From Candidatus Latescibacterota bacterium (GTDB lineage Bacteria; Latescibacterota; UBA2968; UBA8231): DNA of 64,000 nucleotides. Within the stretch, counting starts at the first letter, position 1; each line of letters starts with the position of its first letter. This document shows positions 9,504 through 22,499 of this stretch, piece after piece. The notes beneath the pieces were generated by a model. The model had not been told where the DNA came from. It saw nothing but the letters and a program-made list of their open reading frames with translations, and ran no database searches. The translations under genes and the position numbers were made by a program. The stretch is taken from NCBI GenBank assembly GCA_965219385.1, contig CBDCNM010000001.1, forward strand, positions 1,042,631 to 1,106,630, written 5' to 3'.

Positions 9504-10711
9504 ACAACGAACGGATCGTCCAGCACACAGAGGCCCTAAAACCACGTCTGGAGAGCTTGCAGAACATCGCCCTCGTCGGCGGCGCGCTGGGAATGGCCGC
9601 CACGATTGCCGGCTATTTTACCCAAACAGACCAGTTCTTCCGTTCTTACCTGCTTGCCTTTGTCTACTGGATCAGCCTGTCCATGGGCAGTCTTGGGGTC
9701 CTGATGATGCATCACCTCGCCGGGGGGCGGTGGGGATTCTCTATTCGGCGCTTGCTCGAAGCCGGGACCCGGACCTTGCCTTTGATGTTCATCCTGCTTT
9801 TGCCCATCCTCTTTCTGGGTTTGCACGATCTTTACCACTGGACCCATACAGATTCTCTCGATGAGATCCTGAAAAAAAAGAGCAGTTATCTTAACGAACC
9901 CTTCTTTATCGCCCGGAACTTGATCTACTTCCTCGTCTGGGGGTTGATGGCCTTTTACCTAAACCGCTGGTCCACTCAGCAGGACGGCATCACCGAGACC
10001 CATCCCACGCGCAAAATGCAGCGCCTCAGTGGTCCCGGGGTTGTCATCTATGCTCTGACCATGACCCTGGCCGGTGTAGACTGGATCATGTCCCTGGAGC
10101 CCCACTGGTTTTCCACTATCTTCAGCGCCATTTACATCATCGGGCAGATTCTCCTGACCTGGGCCTTTATGATCCTGGTAGCTGTGCCTCTTTCGAGCCG
10201 GCAACCCCTCGACCAGTTGCTCACCAATGAGCGTCTGCGGGATCTGGGGACCTTCATGCTGGCTTTTGTCATGTTGTGGACCTATACTTCATTCTCACAG
10301 CTGCTGATCATCTGGGCGGGCAATCTTCCAGAGGAGATAACCTGGTACATGACCCGACTCAAAGGCGGTTGGCTGACCCTTGGCTACCTGATGATCGCCC
10401 TGCACTTTGCCCTGCCTCTTGTCCTGCTGGTCTCCAGCCGTATCAAAGCCCGGATTCCCATCCTGGTCAGCATAGCCCTGGGGCTGGTCATCATGCGTCT
10501 GGTGGACCTGTTCTGGATCACCGCCCCGGCATTCGACCGCGACCAATCCGGACTGAGTGTCCACTGGCTGGATATTGCGATTCCAATCGGCATGGGGGGA
10601 ATCTGGGTTTCCTACTTTTTCTGGCACTTAAAAAGGCGCTCGATCATAGCCCTCAACGACCCTCGATTCGAGTACCTACTCAGTCGTGAAGACGAGCACA
10701 ACCATGGATAA
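9500..10711 (+). CDS. actF: Alternative complex III membrane subunit ActF
   Basis: Multi-TM; DWIMSLEPHWFSTIF and FSQLLIIWAGNLPEE motifs. Confidence 0.92.
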   Translation: MNNERIVQHTEALKPRLESLQNIALVGGALGMAATIAGYFTQTDQFFRSYLLAFVYWISLSMGSLGVLMMHHLAGGRWGFSIRRLLEAGTRTLPLMFILLLPILFLGLHDLYHWTHTDSLDEILKKKSSYLNEPFFIARNLIYFLVWGLMAFYLNRWSTQQDGITETHPTRKMQRLSGPGVVIYALTMTLAGVDWIMSLEPHWFSTIFSAIYIIGQILLTWAFMILVAVPLSSRQPLDQLLTNERLRDLGTFMLAFVMLWTYTSFSQLLIIWAGNLPEEITWYMTRLKGGWLTLGYLMIALHFALPLVLLVSSRIKARIPILVSIALGLVIMRLVDLFWITAPAFDRDQSGLSVHWLDIAIPIGMGGIWVSYFFWHLKRRSIIALNDPRFEYLLSREDEHNHG

Positions 10712-11096
10712 ATCTGCGGAATCTAACCCCGGCCACGAAAAGACCGATGTCCCGGCTCGTCCCCTGGCCAACATAGGGATTGCAATTGTAGTACTGGTGG
10801 GGGGCTCCTTCCTGGCAATCGCTATAATGTTCAAGGTCTTTGACTACTACCAGCCCAGGTTCGACAGGCCCCCTCATCCCATGGCCGACAAACGCCAGGT
10901 GAGTTCTGCTCCGCGGATCCAGATTGACCCTCCCCAGCAAAAGAAGGATCTGCGGCAAATCGAGGATCATTTGCTCACCACCTACGACTGGGTGGAACAG
11001 GACGAGGGCTTGGTCAGGATTCCGATAAAACGCGCCATCGAAATCCTCGCCGAGAAGAATCTCCCGGTCAAGACCGGCAGTCCCGCGGCCCAGTAG
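10704..11096 (+). CDS. actG: Alternative complex III small subunit ActG-like
   Basis: GHEKTD, one TM helix, PRIQ and YDWV...VRIPIKRAI; lies between actF and sco. Confidence 0.75.
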   Translation: MDKSAESNPGHEKTDVPARPLANIGIAIVVLVGGSFLAIAIMFKVFDYYQPRFDRPPHPMADKRQVSSAPRIQIDPPQQKKDLRQIEDHLLTTYDWVEQDEGLVRIPIKRAIEILAEKNLPVKTGSPAAQ

Positions 11097-11102
11097 ATTA
11101 CC

Positions 11103-11957
11103 ATGTTGAGTTTTAATTTTAGCGATAATGAGTTCAGCCGCCGCCGAACCAAGCCCACGGGCGTTCTCTTTGGCATTCTACTGCTGATTCCCTCTTTTGC
11201 GGTTGCCCAATCTATAGAAGAGGGCAAGTTCGCCGAGATCGGCATCGACCAGAAACTCGATGAGCAATTGCCGCTGGATCTGGTCTTTAACAACGAAAAA
11301 GACCGGCAGGTTGCCCTGCGGGAATACTTCGGTGATAAACCGGTCGCTCTGTCCCTGGTCTACTACGAATGCCCCATGCTCTGCACCCAGGTGCTCAACG
11401 GCTTGCTGCGCAGCCTGCAAACCCTCGCCTTTGACGTGGGCCGGGAGTTCGAGGTGGTCACCGTGAGCTTTGATCCGGGCGAAACCCCTGCCCTGGCCGC
11501 TGCCAAAAAAAAGGAATACCTCAAGCGCTACGACCGGGAAGGAGCGGAAAAAGGCTGGCACTTTCTGACCGGGACCCAGGATCAGATCGACCGGCTTACC
11601 AAGGCTGTCGGCTTCCGCTATCAGTACGATGCGGAAACCGACAACTACGTCCACGCCAGCGGCATCATGGTCCTGACTCCCCAGGGCAAATTGGCCCGTT
11701 ACTTCTATGGTATTGAATACGCGCCCAAAGACCTGCGCCTGGGCCTGATCGAAGCGGCCGACAACAAGATTGGATCCCCTGTTGACCAGTTGCTCTTACT
11801 GTGCTACCGTTATGATCCGACCACTGGAAAATACGGACTGGTCATTATGAATTCCCTGCGGATCGCCGGTTTTGCCACGGTTGCGATCCTGGCGCTTTTT
11901 GTCGCGATCATGCTGAGACGCGAACGCAAACAAGGTTTGAACCAAGTCGAGTCCTAA
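11103..11957 (+). CDS. SCO1/SenC family copper chaperone
   Basis: YYECPMLC (CxxxC), WHFLTG, HASG, C-terminal TM; upstream of the oxidase genes. Confidence 0.92.
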   Translation: MLSFNFSDNEFSRRRTKPTGVLFGILLLIPSFAVAQSIEEGKFAEIGIDQKLDEQLPLDLVFNNEKDRQVALREYFGDKPVALSLVYYECPMLCTQVLNGLLRSLQTLAFDVGREFEVVTVSFDPGETPALAAAKKKEYLKRYDREGAEKGWHFLTGTQDQIDRLTKAVGFRYQYDAETDNYVHASGIMVLTPQGKLARYFYGIEYAPKDLRLGLIEAADNKIGSPVDQLLLLCYRYDPTTGKYGLVIMNSLRIAGFATVAILALFVAIMLRRERKQGLNQVES

Positions 11958-11971
11958 AGGACAATGCATCA

Positions 11972-12907
11972 ATGTCGAGTGAATTTGATCTGCTTCCAGA
12001 AAGGGCGTCTACCTTCGCCTGGCAGGTAGACGCCCTCTATATAGTCCTGGTTGTGCTCACCGCGATCTTCACCGTGGGGATCTGCCTGGCGATCCTCTAC
12101 CTGGCGGTAAAATACCGACGCCGCTCAGAGGATGAGCGACCGAAACCCATTCACGGTTCGATTCTCCTGGAGTTGTCCTGGAGCATCATCCCGCTCATCA
12201 TGGCCATAGGGGTTTTCGCCGTGGGAGCGGATATTTATTTTCGCATGTACCGCTCGCCGGCCGATCCGATCGATATCTACGTGGTAGGCAAGCAATGGAT
12301 GTGGAAAGTCCAGCATCCCGAAGGCAAGCGCGAGATCAACGAATTGCACGTTCCGCTTGGCCAGCCCGTGCAACTGACCATGGCTTCGGAGGACGTGATC
12401 CACAGCTTTTACATTCCGGCCTTCCGGACCAAGAAAGACGTGGTTCCGGGCCGCTATACGACCTTGTGGTTCGAAGCTACCAGGCTCGGCGAGTACCACC
12501 TGTTCTGTGCCGAGTACTGCGGCACCCAGCACTCCACCATGATCGGCAAGGTCACCGTCATGGAACCGGACGACTACCAAAACTGGCTCAGTGGCGGGGT
12601 TGCGGGCGAGACCATGGCCCAAGCCGGCGAGCGCCAGTTCCAGCAACTGGGTTGTCATACCTGCCATAAGACCACCTCCACCGGGCGCGGTCCTTCCCTG
12701 GTGGGCACCTTCGGCAAGCCCGTGCAGCTGGACAACGGAGAGGAAGTAATGGTCAATGAAGCCTATGTGAGGGAGTCCATCCTCAACCCCCAGGCCAAGG
12801 TGGTCCACGGCTTCAAACCGATCATGCCCACCTTTCAGGGGCAAATCAGCGAAGAAACCTTGTTGCAGATCGTCACCTATATCCAGTCCCTGGGCGAGGC
12901 CGAATAA
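11972..12907 (+). CDS. coxB: Cytochrome c oxidase subunit II with fused cytochrome c (caa3 type)
   Basis: DVIHSF, CuA motif [13 protein letters not shown]-terminal CHTCH. Confidence 0.96.
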   Translation: MSSEFDLLPERASTFAWQVDALYIVLVVLTAIFTVGICLAILYLAVKYRRRSEDERPKPIHGSILLELSWSIIPLIMAIGVFAVGADIYFRMYRSPADPIDIYVVGKQWMWKVQHPEGKREINELHVPLGQPVQLTMASEDVIHSFYIPAFRTKKDVVPGRYTTLWFEATRLGEYHLFCAEYCGTQHSTMIGKVTVMEPDDYQNWLSGGVAGETMAQAGERQFQQLGCHTCHKTTSTGRGPSLVGTFGKPVQLDNGEEVMVNEAYVRESILNPQAKVVHGFKPIMPTFQGQISEETLLQIVTYIQSLGEAE

Positions 12908-12933
12908 GCAGAAAGGCAGAAGGAAGGTGTGAA

Positions 12934-14614
<1,681 letters not shown>

Positions 14615-14622
<8 letters not shown>

Positions 14623-15280
14623 CTCACACGCCACTGCTCTGCAGCACCAATTCGACGACCTGGATCAACAATACCAGGCCTCCAACATGGGAATGTGGGC
14701 CTTCATCGCCCAGGAAATCCTGTTCTTCGGCGGACTCTTCGGTGGTTACACGGTCTATCGCAACCTCTACACCCGCGCTTTTGTAGAGGGCAGCCATCAC
14801 CTGCCCATATTCTGGGGGGCCCTCAACACCGCGGTTCTCATCGCCAGCAGTCTCACCGTGGCCCTGGCGGTCCGCGCGGCCCAGCAAGGCAAAAGCAAGG
14901 CCATCTTCGGCTGGATCATAGGCACCATGATCCTGGGCAGCGTCTTTCTCGGGGTAAAGGTGATCGAGTACAGCGATAAGTACGAGCGCCACCTGATCCC
15001 CAGTACCTCCTTCGCGTACGAAGACCCGCTTCCGGCTGGGGTTACCGAGGGTCAGATGAAGATCTTCTTTTCCTTTTATTTTGTCATGACCGGCATGCAC
15101 GCCCTGCACATGGTCATCGGCATCGGCATCATGCTCTGGCTGTTGCCCAAGATTTGGCGCGGCATCTATACAGCGGAATACTTCAACCCGATCGAAAATT
15201 TTGGCCTCTACTGGCACTTCGTGGATATCATCTGGATCTTTCTTTTTCCCCTTCTCTACCTTATCGGCGGACGGCACTGA
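14615..15280 (+). CDS. ctaE: Cytochrome c oxidase subunit III
   Basis: [25 protein letters not shown] and [22 protein letters not shown] start at 14615 follows GGAGGAGG. Confidence 0.93.
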
Positions 15281-15624
15281 TGGAAGAGCATCGCGCAGAA
15301 CACCACGCATTACCCATCACATTATACCTGCTGGTCTTCTTTGCGCTCATGGTTGGCACGGCTCTCACCGTGGCCGTCGCCTACGTGAACATAGGCTGGC
15401 TGAATACCCCGGTGGCCCTGGCCATCGCCGTGGGCAAGGCCGTCTTGGTCGTCCTCTTCTTCATGCACGTACGGTATAACACCCCTTTGATGTGGGTCTT
15501 TGCCGGCGCCGGTTTTTTCTTTTTACTCATCCTGCTCGCCCTGACCCTGCAGGACTTTTATACCAGGCCCTGGGAGGCCCCGGCGCCGGTGGAATTCCTC
15601 GATCCTGCGGATGGGCCCTTTTAA
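15280..15624 (+). CDS. ctaF: Cytochrome c oxidase subunit IV family
   Basis: Three TM helices and KAVLVVLFFMH. ATG at 15280 overlaps the upstream TGA. Confidence 0.88.
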   Translation: MEEHRAEHHALPITLYLLVFFALMVGTALTVAVAYVNIGWLNTPVALAIAVGKAVLVVLFFMHVRYNTPLMWVFAGAGFFFLLILLALTLQDFYTRPWEAPAPVEFLDPADGPF

Positions 15625-15644
15625 TATTCTCTAGCCATAAACAA

Positions 15645-15680
15645 AAAAGCCCAGGGCAGTATCGCCGCCCCGGGGCTTTT
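15645..15680. terminator. Bidirectional intrinsic terminator
   Basis: AAAAGCCCAGGGC...GCCCCGGGGCTTTT between convergent genes. Confidence 0.7.
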
Positions 15681-15695
15681 GCCTGGGGTTTCTCT

Positions 15696-16058
15696 CTATA
15701 TCGACCGCACCAAAACAAGAATGGCACTGTGGGGCACGACCACGAATTTTTCGGTATCGAATTTGATCTCTACGACATCCTTGCGCAGAAAGATGGCGTG
15801 ATCCCCCTTCTTGGCCTGTAAGGGGATATAGCGCATGGAATCTCCCGATCCCTCGCTCCAGGGCGTTCCATCGTCCTCTGACCGGGGAGGCAGTGGAATT
15901 CCCGGACCAACCTCTTCAATCGTACCGCTTTGAACCGTTTCCTTTTCCAGAGCGGTTGGGGGCAGATAGAGCCCCACCTCGGTGCGCTCTTCGACGTCGT
16001 CCAGCCGCAGTAATACCCGATCCGCTACCACCACCAGTTCTCTATCACCTCGAAGCAT
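15696..16058 (-). CDS. Co-chaperonin GroES family protein (stand-alone)
   Basis: VVADRVLL, EERTEVGLYLP, GTIEEVGPG, PLQAKKGD and AILV match the Cpn10 pattern. ATG at 16058. Confidence 0.85.
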   Translation of the reverse strand: MLRGDRELVVVADRVLLRLDDVEERTEVGLYLPPTALEKETVQSGTIEEVGPGIPLPPRSEDDGTPWSEGSGDSMRYIPLQAKKGDHAIFLRKDVVEIKFDTEKFVVVPHSAILVLVRSI

Positions 16059-18429
16059 AAGATCCAGCAACTCCTCGTCTTTGCCAGCGTTTGGAAGGCT
16101 TCTTAGAGTCCACCACCACTTTGCTGCAGCAACTTGGCTACAAGTGCGGTCCAACCGGTCTGATGGCTGGCCCCCAGACCAGCGCCATTGTCACCATGAA
16201 AATATTCGTAAAAAAGGACCAGATCCTTCCAGTGGGGATCGTGATTGAAAATGGTCCGAGTGCCATTCACGGGACGTACCCCTTCCCCGTCCTTGAGGAA
16301 CAGCCGGCAAAGCCGGCGGGAAAGTTCCGCGGCCACATCCCACAAAGACAGCATCTGTCCCGATCCAGTGGGACACTCCACCTTGAAATTATCCCCATAT
16401 ATAGTAATAGAACTTTTGCAAAGATTCAATTATCAGATAATTCAGCGGAAACCACACCGGCCCTCGCCAGTTGGAATTCCCTCCAAAAAGGCCGATCGTG
16501 GATTCAGCCGGTTCGTAATCCACTCGATAATCCTCGCCATTGGCCTGGAAGATATAGGGATGTTCCAGGTGGTGACGCGAAAGAGCGCGGATACCATAAG
16601 GCGAGAGGAATTCCCGCTCGTCGAGCATGGGCCGCAGGACCCGTCGCAAGCGTTCCCTTCCGACAATGGCCAGGAGGGCGCTTTTTTCTCCCGGGCGCTC
16701 ACGGTAGGACACGTGATCGCGCAGATGGGCATGGTTGTTAATAAACCACAGCATACGGCGCTTGAACCCGGGCAGGGCATCGACCGTCTCCGGCTCGAGC
16801 GTCTCTACCGCGAACAGGGTAATCAAGCCCACCATGGAGCGAATCTTGAGCAGGATATTGCCGCTGCCATCCGGCAGGGACAGCGCATCGTAAAAAAATC
16901 CATCCTCCTCGTCCCACAGCTGCAGGTTTTCATCCCCCAGATGGTTGATGGCATGTGCAATGTACACAAAGTGTTCGAAAAACTTGCTGGCGATATCCGA
17001 ATAAGCCCTGTTGCCTCGTGCCAGCTCCAGAGCAATAGCCAGCATATTCAGGCAAAACATCCCCATCCAGCTGGTGGCATCCGACTGGTCAACGCGGCCC
17101 CCGGTGGGCAGGGGCGCAGAGCGGTCGAAAACCCCTATATTATCCAACCCCAGGAAACCACCCTCAAAAATGTTGTTGCCGGCGGCATCCTTGCGGTTTA
17201 CCCACCAGGTGAAATTCAGCAGGAGTTTGTGAAAGGCGCGCTCGAGAAACGCCTGGTCGCCCTTGCCTTTGAAACGTTTCTCGATTTTGTAAACCCGCCA
17301 TATCGCCCAAGCGTGGACCGGCGGATTCACATCGTCAAAGGCCCATTCGTAGGCTGGAATCTGCCCGTTGGGATGCATGTACCATTCCCGCAAAAACAAG
17401 ATCAACTGGCTTTTGGCAAAATCCACATCCACCAGGACGAAGGGGATGCAGTGGAAGGCCAGGTCCCAGGAGGCGTACCAGGGATATTCCCACTTGTCGG
17501 GCATGGATATGAATCTTCGTTATACAGGTGTGTCCAGGCCTGGTTGCGCGGATTCCGGCGGTCTGGCAGGGGGGCTCCTTCTTCATTTTGCTTAAGCCAG
17601 CGCTTGACCTCATAGTGGTAGAACTGCTTGGACCACAAAAGCCCTGACAGAGCCTGGCGCTGCACATTCCTGGCATCTTCGGACAGCCCCTCACAGACAA
17701 TCGTGTCGTAAAACTCGTCGGCTTCTTTTCTGCGCTGTTCGAAGATCCTTTCTCCTTCGCCGCCCCCCAGGGGACTTTCGTCGGGTATGCGATCCATCAA
17801 GCGCAGGTGAAGCTCCGCTCTGCCGCCCGCTGCCAACTCCGCGAAATAATACCCGGCGGCCTTCGTGCCCACCTGACCGCGATTGATCGTCCCTGGTTCG
17901 CCGTGGACGATATATTGGTCAAAGCCATCCTTCACATAGGGAGTCGAGTTTTCTTCCCCATAGAGACGCTGTCGGTTGGTCTCGTTTTCGGTGAACAACA
18001 ACTCAGGGCTATCCTGGAGAAAGAGCCAGCGCCTCCCCAGGGTTGGGTGGTTGCATTCGATCGCTGTACATCCATCCAGGGGTGCAGTTTGTTCAAGGGC
18101 TGGTCTATCTTCTTCCTGATTCACCCGCCAGGTATTGCGGAACCACAGCGTAGGCAACAGGTGCAAAGGGGCTGGGGCTGGCCCTCTGTTTATCGCCGAA
18201 ACGCGCACACATATATCTTCGACATCGACCTTGGCGTATTCTACATACACGTCAAAATAGCGTTGTTCGTCTAAAGCCCCCGTGTCAAGTAACTCGTATT
18301 CCTCCTGAGCACGCGGACGTTGGCGATTGCTCCAGACCAGATCTTCATACGGAAATGCCCTCTGTGGGTACTTGTAGAGGTACTTCATGTAGGAATGGGT
18401 GGGGGTGTTGTCCAGATAGAAATTAATAC

Positions 18430-19829
18430 GGTCAAGTCCTATTTTTAGTTGAAACAGTTCAGGCTCCGTTGGCTCAAGCCGACAGGGCTTGGGGTTGTAG
18501 TTTTAATTCGGTTTGAATAGCGTGGCGTAGCATGGGTAGATAGTGGACGCCTTTCACCTTTCGTAAACGCGGTTCGATATCGAGCAAGGCCGTGGCCAAC
18601 CAGCGGTAGCGTTGGGCCGAGGTCTTCCACACCTTGACGTTGCGGGTTAATTGACCCACCTGACTGTTGAGCGATTCAATACAATTGGTCGTCCGAAAAC
18701 TCATTTTCAGATAGGGCATCAAGCCCAATCGATGCAGGGTCAAGGGGTCTTCCAACCCTTCTTCCAAACGGTGAAGAGCGGACTGATTCATCCGCTGTAA
18801 GCCGGGTTTGAGGGCGTCTAATTGGGCTTGGGCCCGTTCGTAGGTTTCCTGGTCATAGGTTTTTTGTAGTTTTCGGCGCAGGGGGGCCTGTTCGTTTTTG
18901 GGCAGATAGGAGACGACGTTTTCGCGTTTGTGCCACTGGCAGCGCTGGATCAGGACATAGCCTTGCAAGGCTTTGGTCCGGGCGTTATAGAACCCTTTGG
19001 AGCCATCGATAAGGGCCAACAGCCCCTCTTCATAGCGCAAACCGCGTCGGATTAGATCCTGGATAAATTGACGGCAGCCCCGTTCATTTTCACTAGCGGC
19101 CTGGAGGAAGCCCAGGGGGATTTTCTCTCCTTCTATAGTGATGCCTAAGGCAATGATCATCTCTTCGTCGGCAAAGGTTTTGCCATCCACGAACAGGGCC
19201 ACCAGATCATATGCTGCCAGGGAACGCTCTTGAAACGGTTGCAGCTTACGCGCCGTGGCCTTGATAAAGCGGCGTGATACCGACGACGAGGATAAGCCAA
19301 AAGCCGGGGGTACGGCTTCGGCACAGGTTGCATACTGTCGGGTGGACAGGCCTTGGAGCAGTCGTACCAGCAAGCCGTCATCTACTTGACGAGGAATCTG
19401 TAACGCCTGGTAGGCTTCCAAGAGCACTTCGGTCTGGGTCTCGACAGTACGCACCCGAGGGACCTGGATGGGCAGTTTCTGGTCGGCCAGATAGACCGAG
19501 CCGGGTTGACGGCCCCATCGACGATGGGCTTGATCGGCCTCTTTACGCTCGTAGCGAGGCCCCGCCAGGGTTACCTCCTCTTGCAGTAGGGGCGATACCG
19601 CGTCCAGCCCCAAGGGGATCAACGCTTGAATCAGGGCGATACGAGTATCCAACGCGTCGATCGCCTCGGCGGGGACGGCATCCAAGGGCTTGACGGACGA
19701 ATCAGGAGGGGCTAGCTTCTTCATTTCAGGCTCCTTGCGTTGTTTGAGATACGGAAACATGGGTATGTTCTCCGCATCAAATATAACGAAGGGAGCCTGT
19801 GTTGTTTCAACTAAGATAGGGACATCTTC
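18430..19829 (-). mobile_element. IS256-family insertion sequence (1400 bp)
   Basis: Imperfect 27-bp terminal IRs sharing TTAGTTGAAACA; target duplication AAT(T)AATAC (18421-18429) / AATAATAC (19830-19837). Confidence 0.9.
18474..19724 (-). CDS. IS256-family DDE transposase
   Basis: GLSTR, LFVDG, LIDGSKG, QRCQWHKRENV and RTTNCIESLNS. ATG at 19724 with AAGGAG RBS; the ORF-track extension beyond the IS end is chimeric. Confidence 0.9.
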   Translation of the reverse strand: MKKLAPPDSSVKPLDAVPAEAIDALDTRIALIQALIPLGLDAVSPLLQEEVTLAGPRYERKEADQAHRRWGRQPGSVYLADQKLPIQVPRVRTVETQTEVLLEAYQALQIPRQVDDGLLVRLLQGLSTRQYATCAEAVPPAFGLSSSSVSRRFIKATARKLQPFQERSLAAYDLVALFVDGKTFADEEMIIALGITIEGEKIPLGFLQAASENERGCRQFIQDLIRRGLRYEEGLLALIDGSKGFYNARTKALQGYVLIQRCQWHKRENVVSYLPKNEQAPLRRKLQKTYDQETYERAQAQLDALKPGLQRMNQSALHRLEEGLEDPLTLHRLGLMPYLKMSFRTTNCIESLNSQVGQLTRNVKVWKTSAQRYRWLATALLDIEPRLRKVKGVHYLPMLRHAIQTELKLQPQALSA

Positions 19830-20240
19830 AATAATACTCCTTGACATCCTCGCCGTGGTTGCCCTCATTGCCGGTGAGTCCAAAGAGCCTTTCCTTGAGA
19901 ATGGGATCTTTGCCATTCCACAACCCCAAAGCCAGACAGAGCCGCTGATGATTATCACATACCCCCGCGATTCCATCCTCACCCCAGCGGTAGGCTTTGG
20001 AGCGCGCTAAATCATGGGGTAAGTATTCCCAGGCGCTCCCGTCGGAACTGTAGTCTTCCCGCACAGTCCCCCAGGAACGTTCGCTCAAATACGGCCCCCA
20101 GCGCTTCCAGTGTTTTTCTCGCCGCAGCGATTCCTGTAAACGTTGGTTTTCGGCAATTACAGGCGGTTGGCTCAAGATTACCTCGAGGACAATTTACAGA
20201 GATCTTTTCAAGAAAGCCCACGGATTGATCCATGGGAGGG

Positions 20241-20984
20241 TCAATTGGGCAAATCTTCAGCTGCGTTGATGCCCGCTCCGATTATACCGGCCTGGTTGCG
20301 CAGTTGTGCCGGCACCACCTCTGTATTTACGGTCAAGAGAGGCAGGAATTTCTCGTATTTCTTACTGATTCCTCCCCCGATTATGATCAATTCCGGCCAT
20401 AAATAAAATTCCATGCGTTTGAGGTATTCGTCCACCCGGCCTCCCCATTTTTTCCAGCTCAACCCCTCTCTTTCGCGCACAATGGACGCCGCCTGCTTCT
20501 CGGCGTTCTTTCCGTTGAGCTCTATATGGCCAAACTCGGTATTGGGCACCAGCTTCCCATCGACAAAGAGCGAGGAGCCGATCCCGGTGCCTAGTGTAAT
20601 GATCAGGACCACTCCTCGCCGCTGGCGCCCCGCGCCGAAGCGCATCTCTGCCAGACCAGCGGCATCGGCATCGTTGACCACGGCGACAGAGCAGCCCGTT
20701 GCCTCGGTAAACACATGCTGGGCATTGACCCCGATCCACTTTTTCGATACGTTGGCGGCAAGGGCAACTTCGCCCTGTCGTACAACCCCGGGAAAACCAC
20801 AGCCTACCGCCCCCTCCCAACCAAAGTGCTCCACAATTGCGGCAACGGTTTGCGCCATAGCCTCCGGAGTAGCTGGCTGAGGGGTGAGAAAACGGATCCG
20901 CTCGGTTTTCAATACCCCCTTTTCCACATCCACCAGAGCCCCCTTGATGCCAGTACCTCCGATATCAACTCCAAGAACCCCCAT
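20241..20984 (-). CDS. ppgK: Polyphosphate glucokinase (ROK family)
   Basis: GVDIGGTGIKGA, TPQPATP, NDADAAGLAE, TLGTGIGS, PNTEFGH and NQAGIIGA. Confidence 0.92.
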   Translation of the reverse strand: MGVLGVDIGGTGIKGALVDVEKGVLKTERIRFLTPQPATPEAMAQTVAAIVEHFGWEGAVGCGFPGVVRQGEVALAANVSKKWIGVNAQHVFTEATGCSVAVVNDADAAGLAEMRFGAGRQRRGVVLIITLGTGIGSSLFVDGKLVPNTEFGHIELNGKNAEKQAASIVREREGLSWKKWGGRVDEYLKRMEFYLWPELIIIGGGISKKYEKFLPLLTVNTEVVPAQLRNQAGIIGAGINAAEDLPN

Positions 20985-21138
20985 AAGCCTTTCACCTGTG
21001 GACTTTTACTCTGGGTGGGGTGACACATCGCCTAAATGGGATACACCTCCAGGTATCGCCGTTTGATGCCCAGCAGAAAAATTAAATAGGAGCGATAACA
21101 TGAGCAAATCCACTATCAGCCTTCTTGAACTGGGAGTC

Positions 21139-21439
21139 TTAGTTATATTCGCAGAAAATGCCACCCGGAGAAGCTTTCTGATCGGTTTGAAGCCACTTCC
21201 CGATCAGGTCTAGCTGCTTTTGGATCTCGTTTTCGCTCATATTCTCCGAAGTGGATTTATCCCAAAGAAACTCCATGTACCCGCCCAAATCCTGTGAATA
21301 GTCGATGCTGTCTTGGCGGAAATTTTCGAACAAGTAGGGCTCACCAGTCTTATCACATTCACCGTTTATGGAGATGTTGGCAACGTACCAGCCGTTATCT
21401 GTCTTGCTTATCTTGTAACGATCAATATGCCCCCAGCTA
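21139..21439 (-). pseudogene. 5'-truncated AT-rich hypothetical gene cut by the IS630 end
   Basis: Open frame WGHIDRYKISKTDNGW...DSIDY...W to a stop at 21139. The first codons in the ORF track come from the IS; GC is lower than in the flanks. Confidence 0.6.
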
Positions 21440-22499
21440 GTGTTTCGTCGTAGAAATTCGTTCACAAAGTCTCTTGATTTTCGCGAGGGTGGAATCGACC
21501 GTAGCGGTCCACACGAAAGGGGGCGCGTTGGCGTTCCATTGGGCGGTGTACCGTTCGATGCGCTCGATGCGCTCCCGTACCGTGCGGAACGAGTCCCGCC
21601 GAACCGCCTGACGGGTGATGATGTTGAACCAAATTTCTACCTGATTGAGCCACGAAGCATAGGTGGGGGTGTAGTGAAGGTGAAATCGGGGGCGCCGCGC
21701 CAGCCACTGCTTGACCTTGGCATGCTTGTGGGTGGCGTAATGGTCGACGACGAGATGCACGTCGAGACCGCCGGGCACGTTGCCCTCGATGTGGCCTAGG
21801 AACTGGAGAAACTCCTGGTGACGATGACGAGGCTTGCACGGGGTCATCCCTTCGCCGGTGGCCACGTCCAGGGCGGCAAACAGGGGGGGGTGCCGTGGCG
21901 CTTGTAGGCGTGCGTAACCCCTTCCACGTAGCCCAGGCCCAGGGGGTAGCAGGGGCTGACTTCGTTCCAACGCCTGGATCGGACTCTTCTCGTCCACGCA
22001 CAGCACCAGGGCGTGCTCGGGTGCGTACTTTGTCGACCAAGAAAGGATCGGTGGAAAGCTTGAAGGGCTTGTGTCGGTGGGGCTGCAAACCATACGTGCG
22101 CCAGATGCGATGCACCGCGTCCTTGGTCAGGCCCGTCTCCGCGCCCATGGAGCGCACCGACCACTGGGTTTGGTCTTTGGGCTTGGTCTTCAGCGTCTTG
22201 TATACCACCTCGGCTACCTGCTCGTCGGTGATCGATCGCGGCGCCCCTGAGCGCCGCTCATCATACAAGCCATTGAGTCCGTTTTCGAGAAAACGCTGGC
22301 GCCCCTTGCCGACCGTAGCGCGGGTCACGCCCACCGCACCAGCGACCGCTTCATGGGGCCAGCCTTCGGCCGCTAGCAGGACGATCTCCGCTCGCCGCAC
22401 CAACCCGTGTGGGAGGCTCCGTGAATGGGCCATCGATTCCAATTGTGCTCGGTCCGACGCACTCAGCTCTAACGGCGTTAACGGACGTCCCATCGCCAT
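21437..22499 (-). pseudogene. IS630 transposase pseudogene
   Basis: HTH region RRAEIVLL, FKLSTDPF, CVDEKS, YKRHGT and HYTPTYASWLNQVEIWF are spread over three frames; the segment normally found between VDKVR and PEHALV is deleted. Confidence 0.88.

Larger units (their letters stand above)
16103..20175 (-). pseudogene. GH63/MGH1-like glucosidase, interrupted by IS256 and carrying two frameshifts
   Basis: Fragments [21 protein letters not shown]...[11 protein letters not shown] (19830-20175), FYLDNTPTHSYMKYLYKYPQ (from about 18422), [18 protein letters not shown] (17504) and [22 protein letters not shown] (to 16103). Frameshifts near 17510 and 16400. Confidence 0.92.

Noticed and set aside
19725..19982. 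N-terminal extension of the 502-aa transposase ORF
   Set aside because: It crosses the IS end into an alternative frame of the glucosidase; the real start is 19724.
21000..21145. attC site or tRNA-derived att repeat bounding the islet
   Set aside because: No convincing RYYYAAC...GTTRRRY hairpin and no copy of the tRNA-Asn 3' end.
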